From NCBI GenBank assembly GCA_964016885.1, contig OZ024741.1:343418001-343482000 (forward strand): a stretch of 64,000 bases of DNA, read 5' to 3'. The position numbers and the translations under genes are program-made. This DNA comes from Eledone cirrhosa (Eukaryota). Below the pieces are notes generated by a model. The model did no database searches. It saw only the letters and a list, made by a program, of their open reading frames with translations, and had not been told where the DNA came from. Of the stretch, positions 1-12,900 are shown piece by piece. Every line of letters starts with the position of its first letter. Position 1 is the first letter of the stretch.

Positions 1-2
1 CA

Positions 3-314
3 TATAGCATAAGAGGTACTGAAGGACAATGTAAAGATAAGAATATAGTGTACATAGGTGAGACAGCTCGTAGTATAGGAGAACGGTTAAATGAACACTG
101 GCGAGAACTTCAAGATAAAAGAGAATCATAAATACTCCAACATGCTAAAATAGAACATAAGGGTAAATTAGAGAACATAGAAATAAAAATAGAATCTACA
201 CACAGAAAAGACGCAATGTTTAGACAAATCACAGAGGCAATAAACATAAATGAACTCCAACCAAAATGAAATAGAAAACATGAATGGAATTGCAACATCA
301 CAACTTACAATTAA
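3..314 (+). pseudogene. Penelope-like element GIY-YIG endonuclease C-terminal relic
   Basis: Manual translation from position 3 gives ...KNIVYIGETARSIGERLNEH...FRQITEAININELQPK*NRKHEW, the YIGET/R..EH/E/N motifs of PLE GIY-YIG, with two in-frame stops. Confidence 0.8.
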
Positions 315-502
315 GGACAAAATGAAAACACACACACACATAGAACAAACAACCAACCATTAATACGTAAATAAATAAATAAATAAACAAATAAAAACAC
401 ACACAGACACCAGGATGTAACATATGCGCAAATTAAGCACACAACACACACAACAACAAGGACAGAACAAAGGAGAGGCACAAAACAAAGAAAAGAATCC
501 CC

Positions 503-543
503 AGTCACTGAAGAGGTCACAGAATGTGTGACGAAAGAACTTT

Positions 544-548
<5 letters not shown>
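503..548 (+). ncRNA. Truncated type I hammerhead ribozyme motif in a Penelope 3' region
   Basis: CTGAAGA (508-514), stem II GTCACA/TGTGAC and GAAA (533-536); the 3' strand of stem I is clipped by the adjacent inverted repeat. Confidence 0.5.
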
Positions 549-1744
<1,196 letters not shown>

Positions 1745-2968
1745 GATAAGAAGTTATCGTTATAGGTAATCCAGTTAGAGGGGTGAGTACTCTGTGTCGT
1801 AGATAGTTTTAACTACGTACGGCTTTGTTTGACTCAACAAGATGTTTCCATAGTTAGGCAGCGAGTTCGCGAGAATTCCTATGCAGGTTATACTTGGAGT
1901 AATACTAGTGAAAGATTGAAGAGTACCATGGTCAGCTGTACAACAATAGGCTTTATTTCAGGTATTAACAATTGTTTCATTGATCAGGTGAGTCTAGAGG
2001 CCGCTAATCGTTCGAAGTTGCGTCACTCGATCTCCAATACATTATTTCCCTCGGATCAAATCCTCAGAATACAAATAATTCATACATTGCATGGTATATA
2101 TAGAGAAATAGCGTAGAATCAAAACAATAACAGGAATAATAAAATATAATGATAAATAGGTAAAGAAGTTACAGATGTAAAAAGTAAAAAGTAAAAAGTA
2201 AGAAAAAAAGATAAAATAAAAAAGTGAGAAAATAAAAAAATAATAAAAAATATAAAGAAATAAAGATAAGTGAGAGCATATAAGTACAGAATACGATAGT
2301 TGATAATAGTGGTGGTGGTGAGTAAGTGTCTGTATTAGGATGCTGGGATGTAGTGCTAACATAAAAAGCCATATTCGAAAGATACGTGTAAAGAATCTGA
2401 GGTAGTAACAAATAACAGATAAAAGAAAAATCAATAAATTAGAAATTAAGTGGGAGATACTAGTATGATACCCAAGGGCTAAGGATGGATAGTGAAGGGG
2501 GCTTTTTGATATGTGTGTGTGGTATATGTTTTGCTGATTGTCTTGTCTTAATGGGGTTGATGTGGTTTCCGGGAGAGAGGGTGAAAGAGATTTATGATCT
2601 AGTGACCAGTCAGTTGACAGCTAATAGCAGTGTGGTGGTATGAATTCCATACGTTAAAATTCAGGTGGTTCAGTTCTAATTTTGGGATTGCTGGGTCGAA
2701 TCACGATGGTTTGAAATTTGTGAACTTGCTAGCTATTTTGTGCCTACAGAAAATTGATCTTTCTATTTTGCTGTTAAGCAGCATCTTATCGTACCTTAAA
2801 ATATGGAATAGCTCCATATTGCAAAGTCTGCAGTGGGACATTCCATTGTAGTAGGCCCTTGCTCCCGATCATTTTGACCAGCTAATCCTATATTCCTGGT
2901 TTGTGTTAATACCTGAAATAAAGCCCCTTGTTGTACAGCCGACCATGTTACTCTTCAATCTTTCACTA
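1745..2968 (-). mobile_element. Penelope-like 3' end with inverted pLTR piece
   Basis: Minus strand ~2700-2870 translates YYNGMSHCRLCNMELFHIL...LLNSKIERSIFCRHK (PLE endonuclease C-terminal CxLCxxE/LLN/CRH motif). 1904-1970 is inverted at 2905-2968. A degenerate hammerhead (GAAACAATTGTT) lies near 1960-2040. Confidence 0.65.
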
Positions 2969-3164
2969 TATATATATATATATGTAAAAGGTAAACAGAA
3001 ATAACAACACAATCGATACAGTATATGGAAGGTGTATATTAGGTTAACGCTTGATATAGCAGGAAGAGGGTCTTAACGTTTCGGACGCTAGTCCTTCATC
3101 AACCATACAAACCATTTTCACGCATGGGTTATATATATGGAAAGATAGATAGATAGTTAGATAG

Positions 3165-3672
3165 GTTTCTTTTATTTGCCACTAGGGCATCAAAAGTGGG
3201 ACAAGTACAAAGGGGGGAGTTTACACAAAAAGGCGTCCTCAATAAGGAGGAGGCAATAACAAAATATAAAAATAAAATAAGATATAACAAAAAATAAAAT
3301 TTTTAACAAAATCCTCAATAGAGAGGAGGCGCCTTGGGGGGTCGCACACACCCCCGAAAAAAAGTGTGCAACCCTTCTCCTCAGGAGCACAGAGAAGGGG
3401 TGCTCCCTTGATCTTTCATCTTCCTCACCTATAGTCTGATGTAGAGTGAAGGCCCATTCACACGGGCCATTCTCGCCACTTTCACCCATCTTTCATAGAA
3501 ACGGCTGGGGTGCAGCACCTCTCTCTCCATCCTGATCCTTCTTCCGAAATGATAACGGAAGAAACGGACCAGTTGTTGGCCAGAGAGAAAGGTGCCTGAC
3601 CTCAGTCCTTTCAGACGCGTCCACCATACAACCTCTTTCGCCATGGCTATTACGCACAGAAACACCGCCTCT
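3165..3672 (-). mobile_element. 3' fragment (~500 bp) of TATC-targeting Tx1 family A
   Basis: Reverse complement of ~7196-7704 with only a few substitutions; (GATA)n on both sides. Confidence 0.92.
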
Positions 3673-3709
3673 GATAGATAGATAGATAGATAGATAGATA
3701 GACAGGTAT

Positions 3710-3791
<82 letters not shown>

Positions 3792-3792
3792 G

Positions 3793-3851
<59 letters not shown>

Positions 3852-4028
3852 CAGTATCAGTAGAGGATCGGACGCCATGCTTTCCAGCATAGTTACGTCC
3901 CTTTACAATCTGAGTTCAAATCCCGCCGAGGTTGACTTTGCCTTTCATCCTTACGGGGTGGATAAAATAAAGTACCAGTAATACACTGGGTAATTGCTGG
4001 CCTTGTGCCTAAAGTAGAAACAATTATT
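3852..4028 (+). mobile_element. 5'-truncated tRNA-derived SINE fused directly to Tx1 A
   Basis: B-box GAGTTCAAATCCC, core GCCTTTCATCCTTACGGGG..GATAAAATAAAGTACC and tail CCTTGTGCCTAAAGTAGAAACAATTATT running straight into Tx1 ORF2 codons LNARG. Confidence 0.85.
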
Positions 4029-7000
4029 GAATGCGCGTGGCCTGGGCTCAAATTGGAAGCAAGCAATGCTTCTAAATGACCTCAGGTCACAACGTATAGA
4101 TGTGATGGTTATTTGCGAGGCCCGGATCAGCAACGTGTGACAGCTGGCCCCCGCCTTTGATGACTTTGAGATGCACGCATCTCTCTGTCAGCCCGGAGGC
4201 GGGGGTGGAGTTGTCGTTCTGCTGCAAAAACATCTGGGTCTCGCAACACAGATGGTACATTTGGACCCGGAGGGTCGACTAGTGGTTCTGGACCTTGGCA
4301 GTGGTAAAGGCGGAGCGTTTAGGTTGGTAGCCGCCTACGGCCCTTTCGGGTCAATGCGGCCGGACTTCTTCCATCGTCTGGAGACTTTTCTAGGGACGTC
4401 CCGCTCCTTGCTATTAGTGGGGGACTGGAATGGTATCCTAGATGCACGCTGGGACTACGTAGGGGCCTGCCCCGATAGAGAGGGGTGTAATAGCCTCAAA
4501 GGGTTAATCGGTCGATTTGACCTGGCCGATAGATATCGACTAGATTTTCCGACTGCGCCAACCTGGACTTGGGCAAATCGTAGCGGATCATCTAGGTCGT
4601 ACCTAGATAGGTTCTTAGTTAGAATTAAGGATAAGGACTTTTTAAGTTGTCCAAAAATGCGCATGGTTGGCTATTCAGACCACAAATTAGTGACCTGCAT
4701 GGTCAACCTTGACAGAACTCATAGACAGGGCCCCGGTTACTGGAAGCTCAACTTGTCCTTGCCGGCAAGTAGAGCCTACAGGAATCGGATTAGTACGTTA
4801 GTTAAGGAACGGTTGACTGGAGCGATCGTCAACAGCAGGTGGTGGGTATCTCTAAAGAGAGAGATTAGAGTAGTCTCGATAGAATTTAGTAAGGTTCTAG
4901 CTGCGGATAGGAATAGGAAGGAAAGGGAGCTAATAGATAGAGTAGAAGAGGCAATTAGAAGCGGCGACGTGGCCAGAGTGCTAGCGTCGAGAACGGCTTT
5001 GAGCCAGTTTTTCGACGCGAAGCACGAAGGCTGCGTTGTCCGAAGTAAAATACGTGCTCTAGGGAACGAGGGGACCAAAGCTGTTAGCTGGGCCCGCGTG
5101 ACAGAGGCCAACAGTGGAACTAAATCCACCATCCGGTCTTTGCGAGACCTGGATGGACGAGCGATTCTTGAGCCTAAGCAGATGTGTGAGGCCTTTCAAA
5201 GGCACTTTGCCCGACTGTTCGGGAGGGGCGGGGAGCCGGTTGGGAACGTGGACTTCGGTCCATACCTCGACGGCCTGCCGCGCCTCTCGGACAGGGAGGC
5301 GAAGTCCTGCGAGGAGCCGATTTCGGCCGCTGAGATAGAGGACGTGCTGAGCCAATGCGGCAAACGCAAATCCCCGGGTCTCGATGGTCTTCCTTACGAA
5401 TTATATCTAGCTATGCCGGACTTGTTCCCCGATCTCCTCGAGGTGGTCTACTGCAACTGGCAACAGAACGGGAGAATTCCCTGTACTGTGACCAAGGGCG
5501 TAGTTACGCTAGTGAGGAAGGACGAGAACAAGGGGGACGAAATAAGTAACTTCAGGCCCATAACACTGCTAAATACAGAGTTACAGATTTTGGCCAAGGT
5601 GCTAGCAAAGAGGTTGGCGCTTGTCGTGGGCAACCTGGTGGGAGATGCGCAGACATGCGCTATCCCGTCCAGGTCCATCCATGACAACCTCCACCTCATG
5701 CGATACATCATAGAGAGGGTTGGGAACGAACCCGGCTTTGGTGGGGCTCTGATCAACTTGGATCAATCTAAGGCGTTCGATAGGGTCGACCATGGTTACC
5801 TGGATGCGGTGCTAGCGGCGACAGGCTTCGGACCCGTTTTCAGGGGCTGGATCACTGTTATGCACAGCAGCCGCATCTGCTCTAGGGTCAAGGTGAACGG
5901 CTACCTCTCGGAGCCGTTCAAAATCGCGCGGTCCATCCGACAAGGGTGCCCTCTCTCCTCCCTTCTGTATGTGTTGACTCTAGAGCCACTACTGCGGAAG
6001 TTGGAGTTGTTGCAGGGCATCCCTTTGGAACCGGGATTGCGGAAAGCGGTGTCGGCCTACGCCGATGACGTGACAGTAATGGTGTCGACGGCCTCCGAAA
6101 TCGAGGCGGTCGGCACCTTACTGGAGGAGTACGAAAAGTTCACAGGGGCTAAGCTGAACCGGGACAAGTCGATCGGTTTGCAACTCGGCACGTGGAGGGG
6201 CAGACCGATGCCCTCCGATGGCGTCGTCGGACGCTGGACGGAGGGCCCGGTGAAGTTGCTCGGGGTCTGGTTCGGACCGGACCTCCAGGTGGAGAAAAAC
6301 TGGGCGGAGGTTACGAACAGGGTGTTTGCACTGACCCAGAAGTGGGCCAGTTGCAAACTATCCCTGAAAGGTCGGGCGGAGGTGGCGAACACCTACATAG
6401 CGTCCGTCATCTACTACCGCCTGACCGTAGTGCCCTGCCCAAGGGAAACCCTCACCAAGATGGAGCGCGCGCTCTTCCAATTCCTTTGGAAGAGGCGGGC
6501 TCCTATGGTGAGGAGATCCATCTGCTGTCAACACCCTTCGAAAGGAGGGCTGGGGATGCCGTGGCTAATGATGCGTAAACACGCATTAAGGCTACGGCAC
6601 CTCTACGTATTCCTCACCGGACAACCGGTGTGGGCCTCGTTTGTAAGACGAACCTTTCCCAGACTCGTCTCACTCACCGAGCTGCAATCCTGGGTCAAGC
6701 AAAGACCGAGAAAACTGGGCGCCTGGCACACTGAGTGTGCCCAGGCGCTCACCGCCCTCTGGCAGGCGGATCCGGTTAGCAGTGGAGACTCCACCGCAAC
6801 ATTCTATAGAGGGCTGGTACGCAGCAGGTGCGACGACGCCCTCGGAGAAGCCCTAGACATGGAGGAGGACGAACTGGCCAGCCTGTTCGGTAGGACATTC
6901 AGCCCGGGACCTATGGACAACTTCCAGAAGTCCCTGGCCTGGCAGTGCTACCGAGGGGCTTTACCCGTTCGAGAAAGGCTCTACAGACACGGGCGCCCGG

Positions 7001-7704
7001 GTAGGGACCCCGCCAAAAAGATCTGTCCCAGATGCGTGTGCGACGAGGAAACCGTTGCACACGCATTGGTACACTGCTCGGGCGTAGCCGATCTGTGGGG
7101 CTATGTCGAACAACTGCTGTCAAGGGTGGGACCGATCCGGTTGACCACCGAGTCTATTGTAATGATCAAGCCGCCTCCCCCCTTCAAAGATGAAGCAGAG
7201 GCGGTGTTTCTGTGCGTAATAGCCATGGCGAAAGAGGTTGTGTGGTGGACGCGTCTGAAAGGACTGAGGTCAGGCACCTTTCTCTCTGGCCAACAACTGG
7301 TCCGTTTCTTCCGATATCATTTCGGAAGAAGGATCAGGATGGAGAGAGAGGTGCTGCACCCCAGCCGTTTCTATGAAAGATGGGTGAAAGTGGCGAGAAT
7401 GGCCCGTGTGAATGGGCCTTCACTCTACATCAGACTATAGGTGAGGAAGATGAAAGACCAAGGGAGCACCCCTTCTCTGTGCTCCTGAGGAGAAGGGTTG
7501 CACACTTTTTTCGGGGGTGTGTGCGACCCCCCAAGGCGCCTCCTCTCTATTGAGGATTTTGTTAAAAATTTTATTTTTTGTTATATCTTATTTTATTTTT
7601 ATATTTTGTTATTGCCTCCTCCTTATTGAGGACGCCTTTTTGTGTAAACTCCCCCCTTTGTACTTGTCCCACTTTTGATGCCCTAGTGGCAAATAAAAGA
7701 AACA
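4027..7704 (+). mobile_element. Tx1/L1-clade non-LTR retrotransposon A, 5'-truncated at the ORF2 start, followed by (TATC)n
   Basis: ORF2 homology from 4027, 3'UTR with AATAAA near 7692, then (TATC)n at 7705-7756; no ORF1. Confidence 0.92.
4171..7440 (+). CDS. LINE ORF2: APE endonuclease + reverse transcriptase + C-terminal CCHC (Tx1-like); true start region interrupted by TGA at 4138
   Basis: GDWNG, SYLDR, SDHK (APE); KSPGLDG, NFRPITLLN, DQSKAFD, RQGCPLS, YADD (RT); CPRC..EETVAHALVHC. The in-frame upstream segment LNARGLG...SNV* starts at 4027. Confidence 0.9.
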   Translation: MHASLCQPGGGGGVVVLLQKHLGLATQMVHLDPEGRLVVLDLGSGKGGAFRLVAAYGPFGSMRPDFFHRLETFLGTSRSLLLVGDWNGILDARWDYVGACPDREGCNSLKGLIGRFDLADRYRLDFPTAPTWTWANRSGSSRSYLDRFLVRIKDKDFLSCPKMRMVGYSDHKLVTCMVNLDRTHRQGPGYWKLNLSLPASRAYRNRISTLVKERLTGAIVNSRWWVSLKREIRVVSIEFSKVLAADRNRKERELIDRVEEAIRSGDVARVLASRTALSQFFDAKHEGCVVRSKIRALGNEGTKAVSWARVTEANSGTKSTIRSLRDLDGRAILEPKQMCEAFQRHFARLFGRGGEPVGNVDFGPYLDGLPRLSDREAKSCEEPISAAEIEDVLSQCGKRKSPGLDGLPYELYLAMPDLFPDLLEVVYCNWQQNGRIPCTVTKGVVTLVRKDENKGDEISNFRPITLLNTELQILAKVLAKRLALVVGNLVGDAQTCAIPSRSIHDNLHLMRYIIERVGNEPGFGGALINLDQSKAFDRVDHGYLDAVLAATGFGPVFRGWITVMHSSRICSRVKVNGYLSEPFKIARSIRQGCPLSSLLYVLTLEPLLRKLELLQGIPLEPGLRKAVSAYADDVTVMVSTASEIEAVGTLLEEYEKFTGAKLNRDKSIGLQLGTWRGRPMPSDGVVGRWTEGPVKLLGVWFGPDLQVEKNWAEVTNRVFALTQKWASCKLSLKGRAEVANTYIASVIYYRLTVVPCPRETLTKMERALFQFLWKRRAPMVRRSICCQHPSKGGLGMPWLMMRKHALRLRHLYVFLTGQPVWASFVRRTFPRLVSLTELQSWVKQRPRKLGAWHTECAQALTALWQADPVSSGDSTATFYRGLVRSRCDDALGEALDMEEDELASLFGRTFSPGPMDNFQKSLAWQCYRGALPVRERLYRHGRPGRDPAKKICPRCVCDEETVAHALVHCSGVADLWGYVEQLLSRVGPIRLTTESIVMIKPPPPFKDEAEAVFLCVIAMAKEVVWWTRLKGLRSGTFLSGQQLVRFFRYHFGRRIRMEREVLHPSRFYERWVKVARMARVNGPSLYIRL

Positions 7705-7756
<52 letters not shown>

Positions 7757-7990
7757 AAAATCTAGCTGTCGTCTGTTCTACAGTGTGGATGTCATTCACT
7801 TCGCACAGAAGTTTTGTTCAAATTTATTGAGGAAATTTTGTGAGTTCAAACTTAATTTTGATACAATTGTGTAGCTTGACCCTCCGTCTGAACTGTCAGG
7901 CGGTGGGTCAGCTCATCTTTACCCCTCCTAGAGGTGAAAAACCTGTTTTAAAAAAAATTTTGTGTAAAAAATTTCAATCGTCTAACAGAA

Positions 7991-9870
7991 ATGTTAAACG
8001 CAGCGAACGAAAATAGTGGTGGGGGGACAGCGGTAAGAGTTGTAAGCTCGCACGCTTTAGTCCCCCCTTCCTTCCCAACTAACGTCATAGAGAAGGAAGG
8101 AAAAATGAAAATAAAAACGGACGAATCTGCGGAGAAAAAATTAAATGACGAAAACAACGAAAAAAAAAAAAATTTGAAAAATTGCATGACAATACTAATA
8201 ACACAAACAAAGACACAACAAACAAAAAAATAACAGTTGAAAATAACATCATATCAGAAAACAAAGCAGACGACAGGATTTCATTTGCACAGAAAACAAA
8301 GAAATCTTTGACTTATATAGCGGAAAACATTTCAGATGTGGTACGAAGGATCACGGACGCAAAACAATACATAAGTGAAGGTGAGAATGGTATTTTATTG
8401 GTAAAAATGCCTCAAGAATTCACGAAAGACATTGAAAGCCGAACGGTCAAGTTTCGGACCATCAACAACAGTACAAAAAAACCTGAACAGCCTTCTCAAG
8501 CAGATATCAAAACAGTACTCGCAGAAGTACTGAATGAAACAACTTTCATAAGAAAAGACAGACTGTATGGAAGCCTAGCAATTATCATGAAGAACGAATC
8601 GGCGGCAAAAAAATGTGCTTTGTCACCGATTCGTTCGAAAAATTTCACCTTTTATCCATCTTATATGGGAAAAAAAACTCAACGCATATGGCTGGATGCA
8701 ATGATGCCAGATGTGGACTACTGCTGGCTCATAGCTGGCTTCATCGATCCAGTGAATGACAACGTGATTTCCATTGGGAAAACCACAGGCAATGCGTTCA
8801 GTGGAACAGGTATAAAGCTGGTAGTACAAATGAAGCCTGAACGCATCGCCCAAATACCCGACAGAATCCTATTAGAGGACCACGGGTATATAAACATTAG
8901 CGTGGAGGGGAGAAGGCCGTCCTGCCATATCTGTGCAGGCAGAGGGCACCTGAAGGCCGCTTGTCCCCAACTCAACAAAAAGAAAACCCTGCTACCAACA
9001 CCAGCTCCACCACCACCACCACAACAGATAAACAAACAACAAAACTCAGTCCCACCCAACCCGTCCCTCAGTAACACCACAACACCACCACAACACAAAC
9101 AGTCACAACACATTACCCCAAAACAAAATACAGGCCCACCCAACATCTCACTCAATAAAACAACACAACCACCGCAGACACAACACACAACACAGTCTAA
9201 CATAGTGACATCCATCTCCCCCACAAAGAAAACCAACACGGAAACATTACCAGCAAACATACCTCTTCCCTCCAACACTGAAGATAACCCAACGAATTCG
9301 GAGGAAGAAACGGAGTCCTTCAGACAGGTTAAAAGGAAAAAAAGAAAACATGTGCAAAACACACAAGGACAAACAACCCCCACCCAAATCGCAACACAAT
9401 CTAACAAAACAGAAAACACCCCTCCAGCAACAAACAAAACCAAACCTGCCCCTCCCCTCTTCGAAACACTCACACCATCGGAAAAAAAGACATTACACTA
9501 TACTTACATCAACAGAAACAATAATAAATTAAATGAACTCATATACAATAATCCTTCGGTACAAACCGAAGGTGTAAACTTTGTTTCATCAGAAAACCAC
9601 CCACATTTAAAACTAATAAAAATCCCAATGAACCTCTACCAAAAACTAAAAAAGGATTTTAAGGAGGACGTAGGACCACCCTCTGTCAAACCCATAAACC
9701 GCGTCCTACTAAAAAGCTTTCCCCCTCCCCTTCCCCTCCCCAACACAACTCCAAACACCCCAACCCCACCACACACCGACGACCCCACACCACCACAAGA
9801 CACCCCTTCACCCAACACCCCCGACCCCATGGAAGTCGTGCAACCCGAACCCCGGGAAGCGGAAAGGTAG
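7991..9870 (+). CDS. Tx1 B ORF1 (gag-like, CCHC zinc knuckle); one apparent frameshift in the A-run at ~8159-8172
   Basis: ORFs 7991-8233 and 8182-9870 overlap across a homopolymer; VEGRRPSCHICAGRGHLKAAC knuckle and a P/T/Q-rich linker. Confidence 0.8.
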
Positions 9871-9903
9871 GTCTCTACACTCTCCTTTGGCTCTGCCGCC
9901 CAC

Positions 9904-12900
9904 ATGGATGTGTTAAGAGTAGGATGTTTGAATGCACGTGGCCTGGGCTCAACTTGGAAGCAAGCAAAGCTTCTAAATGACCTCAGGTCATGTAGTATAA
10001 ATGTAATGGTTATCTGTGAGACTCGAATCAGCGTCATGCGGCAGCTGGCCCCCACCTTCGATGACTTTGAGGTGCATGCATCTCTCTGTCAACCTGGAGG
10101 TGGGGGTGGGGTTGTCGTGCTGCTGCAAAAACACCTGGGTCTTGCCGTACAGGTTGTGCACTCGGACCCGGAGGGTCGTTTGTTGGTGCTAGACGTTGGC
10201 AGTAGTGAAAGTGCGGCCTTGAGACTGGTCGCCGTCTACTCCCCTTTCGGAGCTGAACGGCCCGACTTCTTCCAGCGTTTGGAGACTTTTCTGGGAACGT
10301 CGCGTTCCCTGCTTCTAGCGGGGGATTGGAATGACATCCTAGATGCACGTTGGGACTATGCAGGAGCATGTCCTAATAGAGGGGGGTGTAACAGCCTCAA
10401 GGGGTTACTCGACCGTTTTAACTTGGTCGATAGATATCGACTAGATTTTCCAACTGTGCCTACCTGGACTTGGAGAAACCACAGTGGTCAATCTAGATCG
10501 TACTTAGATAGATTCTTAGTTAGAAGTAAGGATAGGGACATATTAAGCTGTCCAGAAATGCGCACGGTTGGCTACACGGATCACAAATTAGTGACCTGCG
10601 TGGTCAATCTCGAGAAAACACATAGACAGGGTCCCGGTTACTGGAAACTTAATTTGTCTTTACCGGCAAAAGAGACTTACAGAAACCGGATTAGCAGATT
10701 AGTTAAGGAGAGGTTGACGGGTGCAATCGTCAACAACCGATGGTGGGCATCTCTCAAAAGAGAGATTAGAACAGAATCAATAAGTTATAGCAAGATGTTA
10801 GCTGCCAATAGGAATAGAAACGAGAAAGAATTAACAGGTAAATTAGAAGAGGCAATCAAGAGCGAAGATGTGGCCAGAGTGCTGGCATCGAGGACGGCCT
10901 TGAACCAGTTTTTCGATGCAAAGCATGAAGGCTGCGTCATTCGAAGTAAAATACGTGCTCTAGGTAATGAGGGGGCCAAAGCCGTTGGATGGGCCCGCGT
11001 GACAGAAGTTAAAAGTGGAAATCGATCCACCATCCGATCGTTGCAAGACGAAGATGGACGAGTGATCCGGGAGCCTAAGCAGATGTGCGAGGCCTTTCAA
11101 AAGCACTTTGCCCGATTGTTCGGGGGAGGCGAGGGTCCGGGCCGGGGCGTGGATTTCGGTCCATACCTCGACGGCCTGCCGCGTCTCTCGAGCAAAGAGG
11201 CAGAGTCCTGCGAGGGACCAATCTCGGCTGATGAGATCGGAGATGCGCTGAGCCAATGCAGCAGACGCAAATCTCCAGGTCTCGATGGTATACCTTACGA
11301 ACTTTATTTAGCAATGCCGGTCTTCTTCTCCGAACTCCTCGAAGCGGTCTACTGCAATTGGCAGCAGAACGGGAGAATTCCTTGTTCTGTAGCCAAGGGC
11401 GTAGTCACGCTGGTGAGGAAGGACGAGAAAAAGGGGGATAGTATAAATAATTTTCGGCCCATAACCCTGCTAAACACAGAGTTAAAGATTTTGGCCAAGG
11501 TGTTAGCAAAGAGGTTGGCGCTTGTCGTGGGTGGCCTGGTGGGAGATGCGCAGACATGTGCTATCCCATCCAGGTCCATTCACGATAACCTCCACCTCAT
11601 GCGATACATCATAGAGAGGGTTGGCAACAAACCCGGCTTCGGTGGGGCCCTGATCAACTTGGATCAGTCTAAGGCCTTCGATAGGGTCGACCATGGTTAC
11701 CTGGATGCGGTGCTAGCGGCGGCTGGGTTCGGTCCTGTTTTCAGAGGCTGGATCACTGCCCTACATAGCAACCACATCTGTTCTAGGATCAAGGTGAACG
11801 GCTACCTTTCGAAGCCGTTCGAAATCACACGATCCATTCGACAGGGGTGCCCTCTCTCCTCCCTTCTGTACGTATTGACTCTCGAGCCTTTACTGAGGAA
11901 GTTGGAGTTGTTGCAGGGTATCCCCCTGGAACCAGGATTGAGCAAAGCGGTGTCGGCCTACGCCGATGACGTAACAGTAATGGTATCAACCGACTCGGAG
12001 ATCGAGGCGATCGGTACCTTACTGGAAGAGTACGAAAGGTTGTCAGGAGCGAAACTGAACCGGGAAAAATCCATCGGGCTGCAACTCGGAACGTGGAGAG
12101 GCAAACCGATGCCTCCTGACGGTGTCGTCGGACACTGGACGGAGGGCCCGGTAAAGTTGCTTGGGGTCTTGTTTGGACCGGACCTCCAGGTGGAAAAGAA
12201 CTGGAACGAGGTTACGAACAAGGTGTTTGCACTAACCCAGAAATGGGCCAAGTGTAAGCTGTCCCTAAAAGGCCGGGCGGAGGTGGCGAACATTTACATA
12301 GCGTCCGTCACTTACTACCGCCTGACTGTCGTGCCTTGCCCTAAGGAAACACTCACCACCATGGAACGCATGCTCTTCCAATTTCTTTGGAAGAAGCGTC
12401 CTCCTATGGTGAGAAGATCCATCTGCTGCCAACAACCTTCGAAAGGAGGGCTGGGGATGCCGTGGTTGATGATGCGTAGGCACGCATTAAGGCTACGGCA
12501 CCTACAGGTATTCCTCACTGGTCAACCGGTGTGGGCTCCGTTCGTGAAACGAGCCTTTCCGAGACTCGTCTCACTCACCGAGCTACAGTCCTGGGTCAAG
12601 CAAAGATCCGGAAAACTGGGAGACTGGCACACTGAGTGTGCTCAGGCGCTCAGGGCTCTCTGGCAAGCGGGCCGGACCATCGGTGGAGAATCCACCTCAT
12701 CATTCTATAGAGGGCTGGTGGCTAGCAGGGGCGATGACACCCTTGGAGAGTCGCTGGACATGGAAGAAGACGAACTGGCCAGCCTGTTCGGTAGGACTTT
12801 CGGCCCAGGACCAATGGACAACTTCCAGAAGTCACTGGCCTGGCAGTGCTACCGAGGGGCTCTACCCGTTCGAGAGAGGCTCTACAGACACGGGCGCCCG

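Noticed and set aside
3911-3930. tRNA gene at B-box motifs
   Set aside because: B boxes belong to SINE heads; no complete cloverleaf could be drawn.
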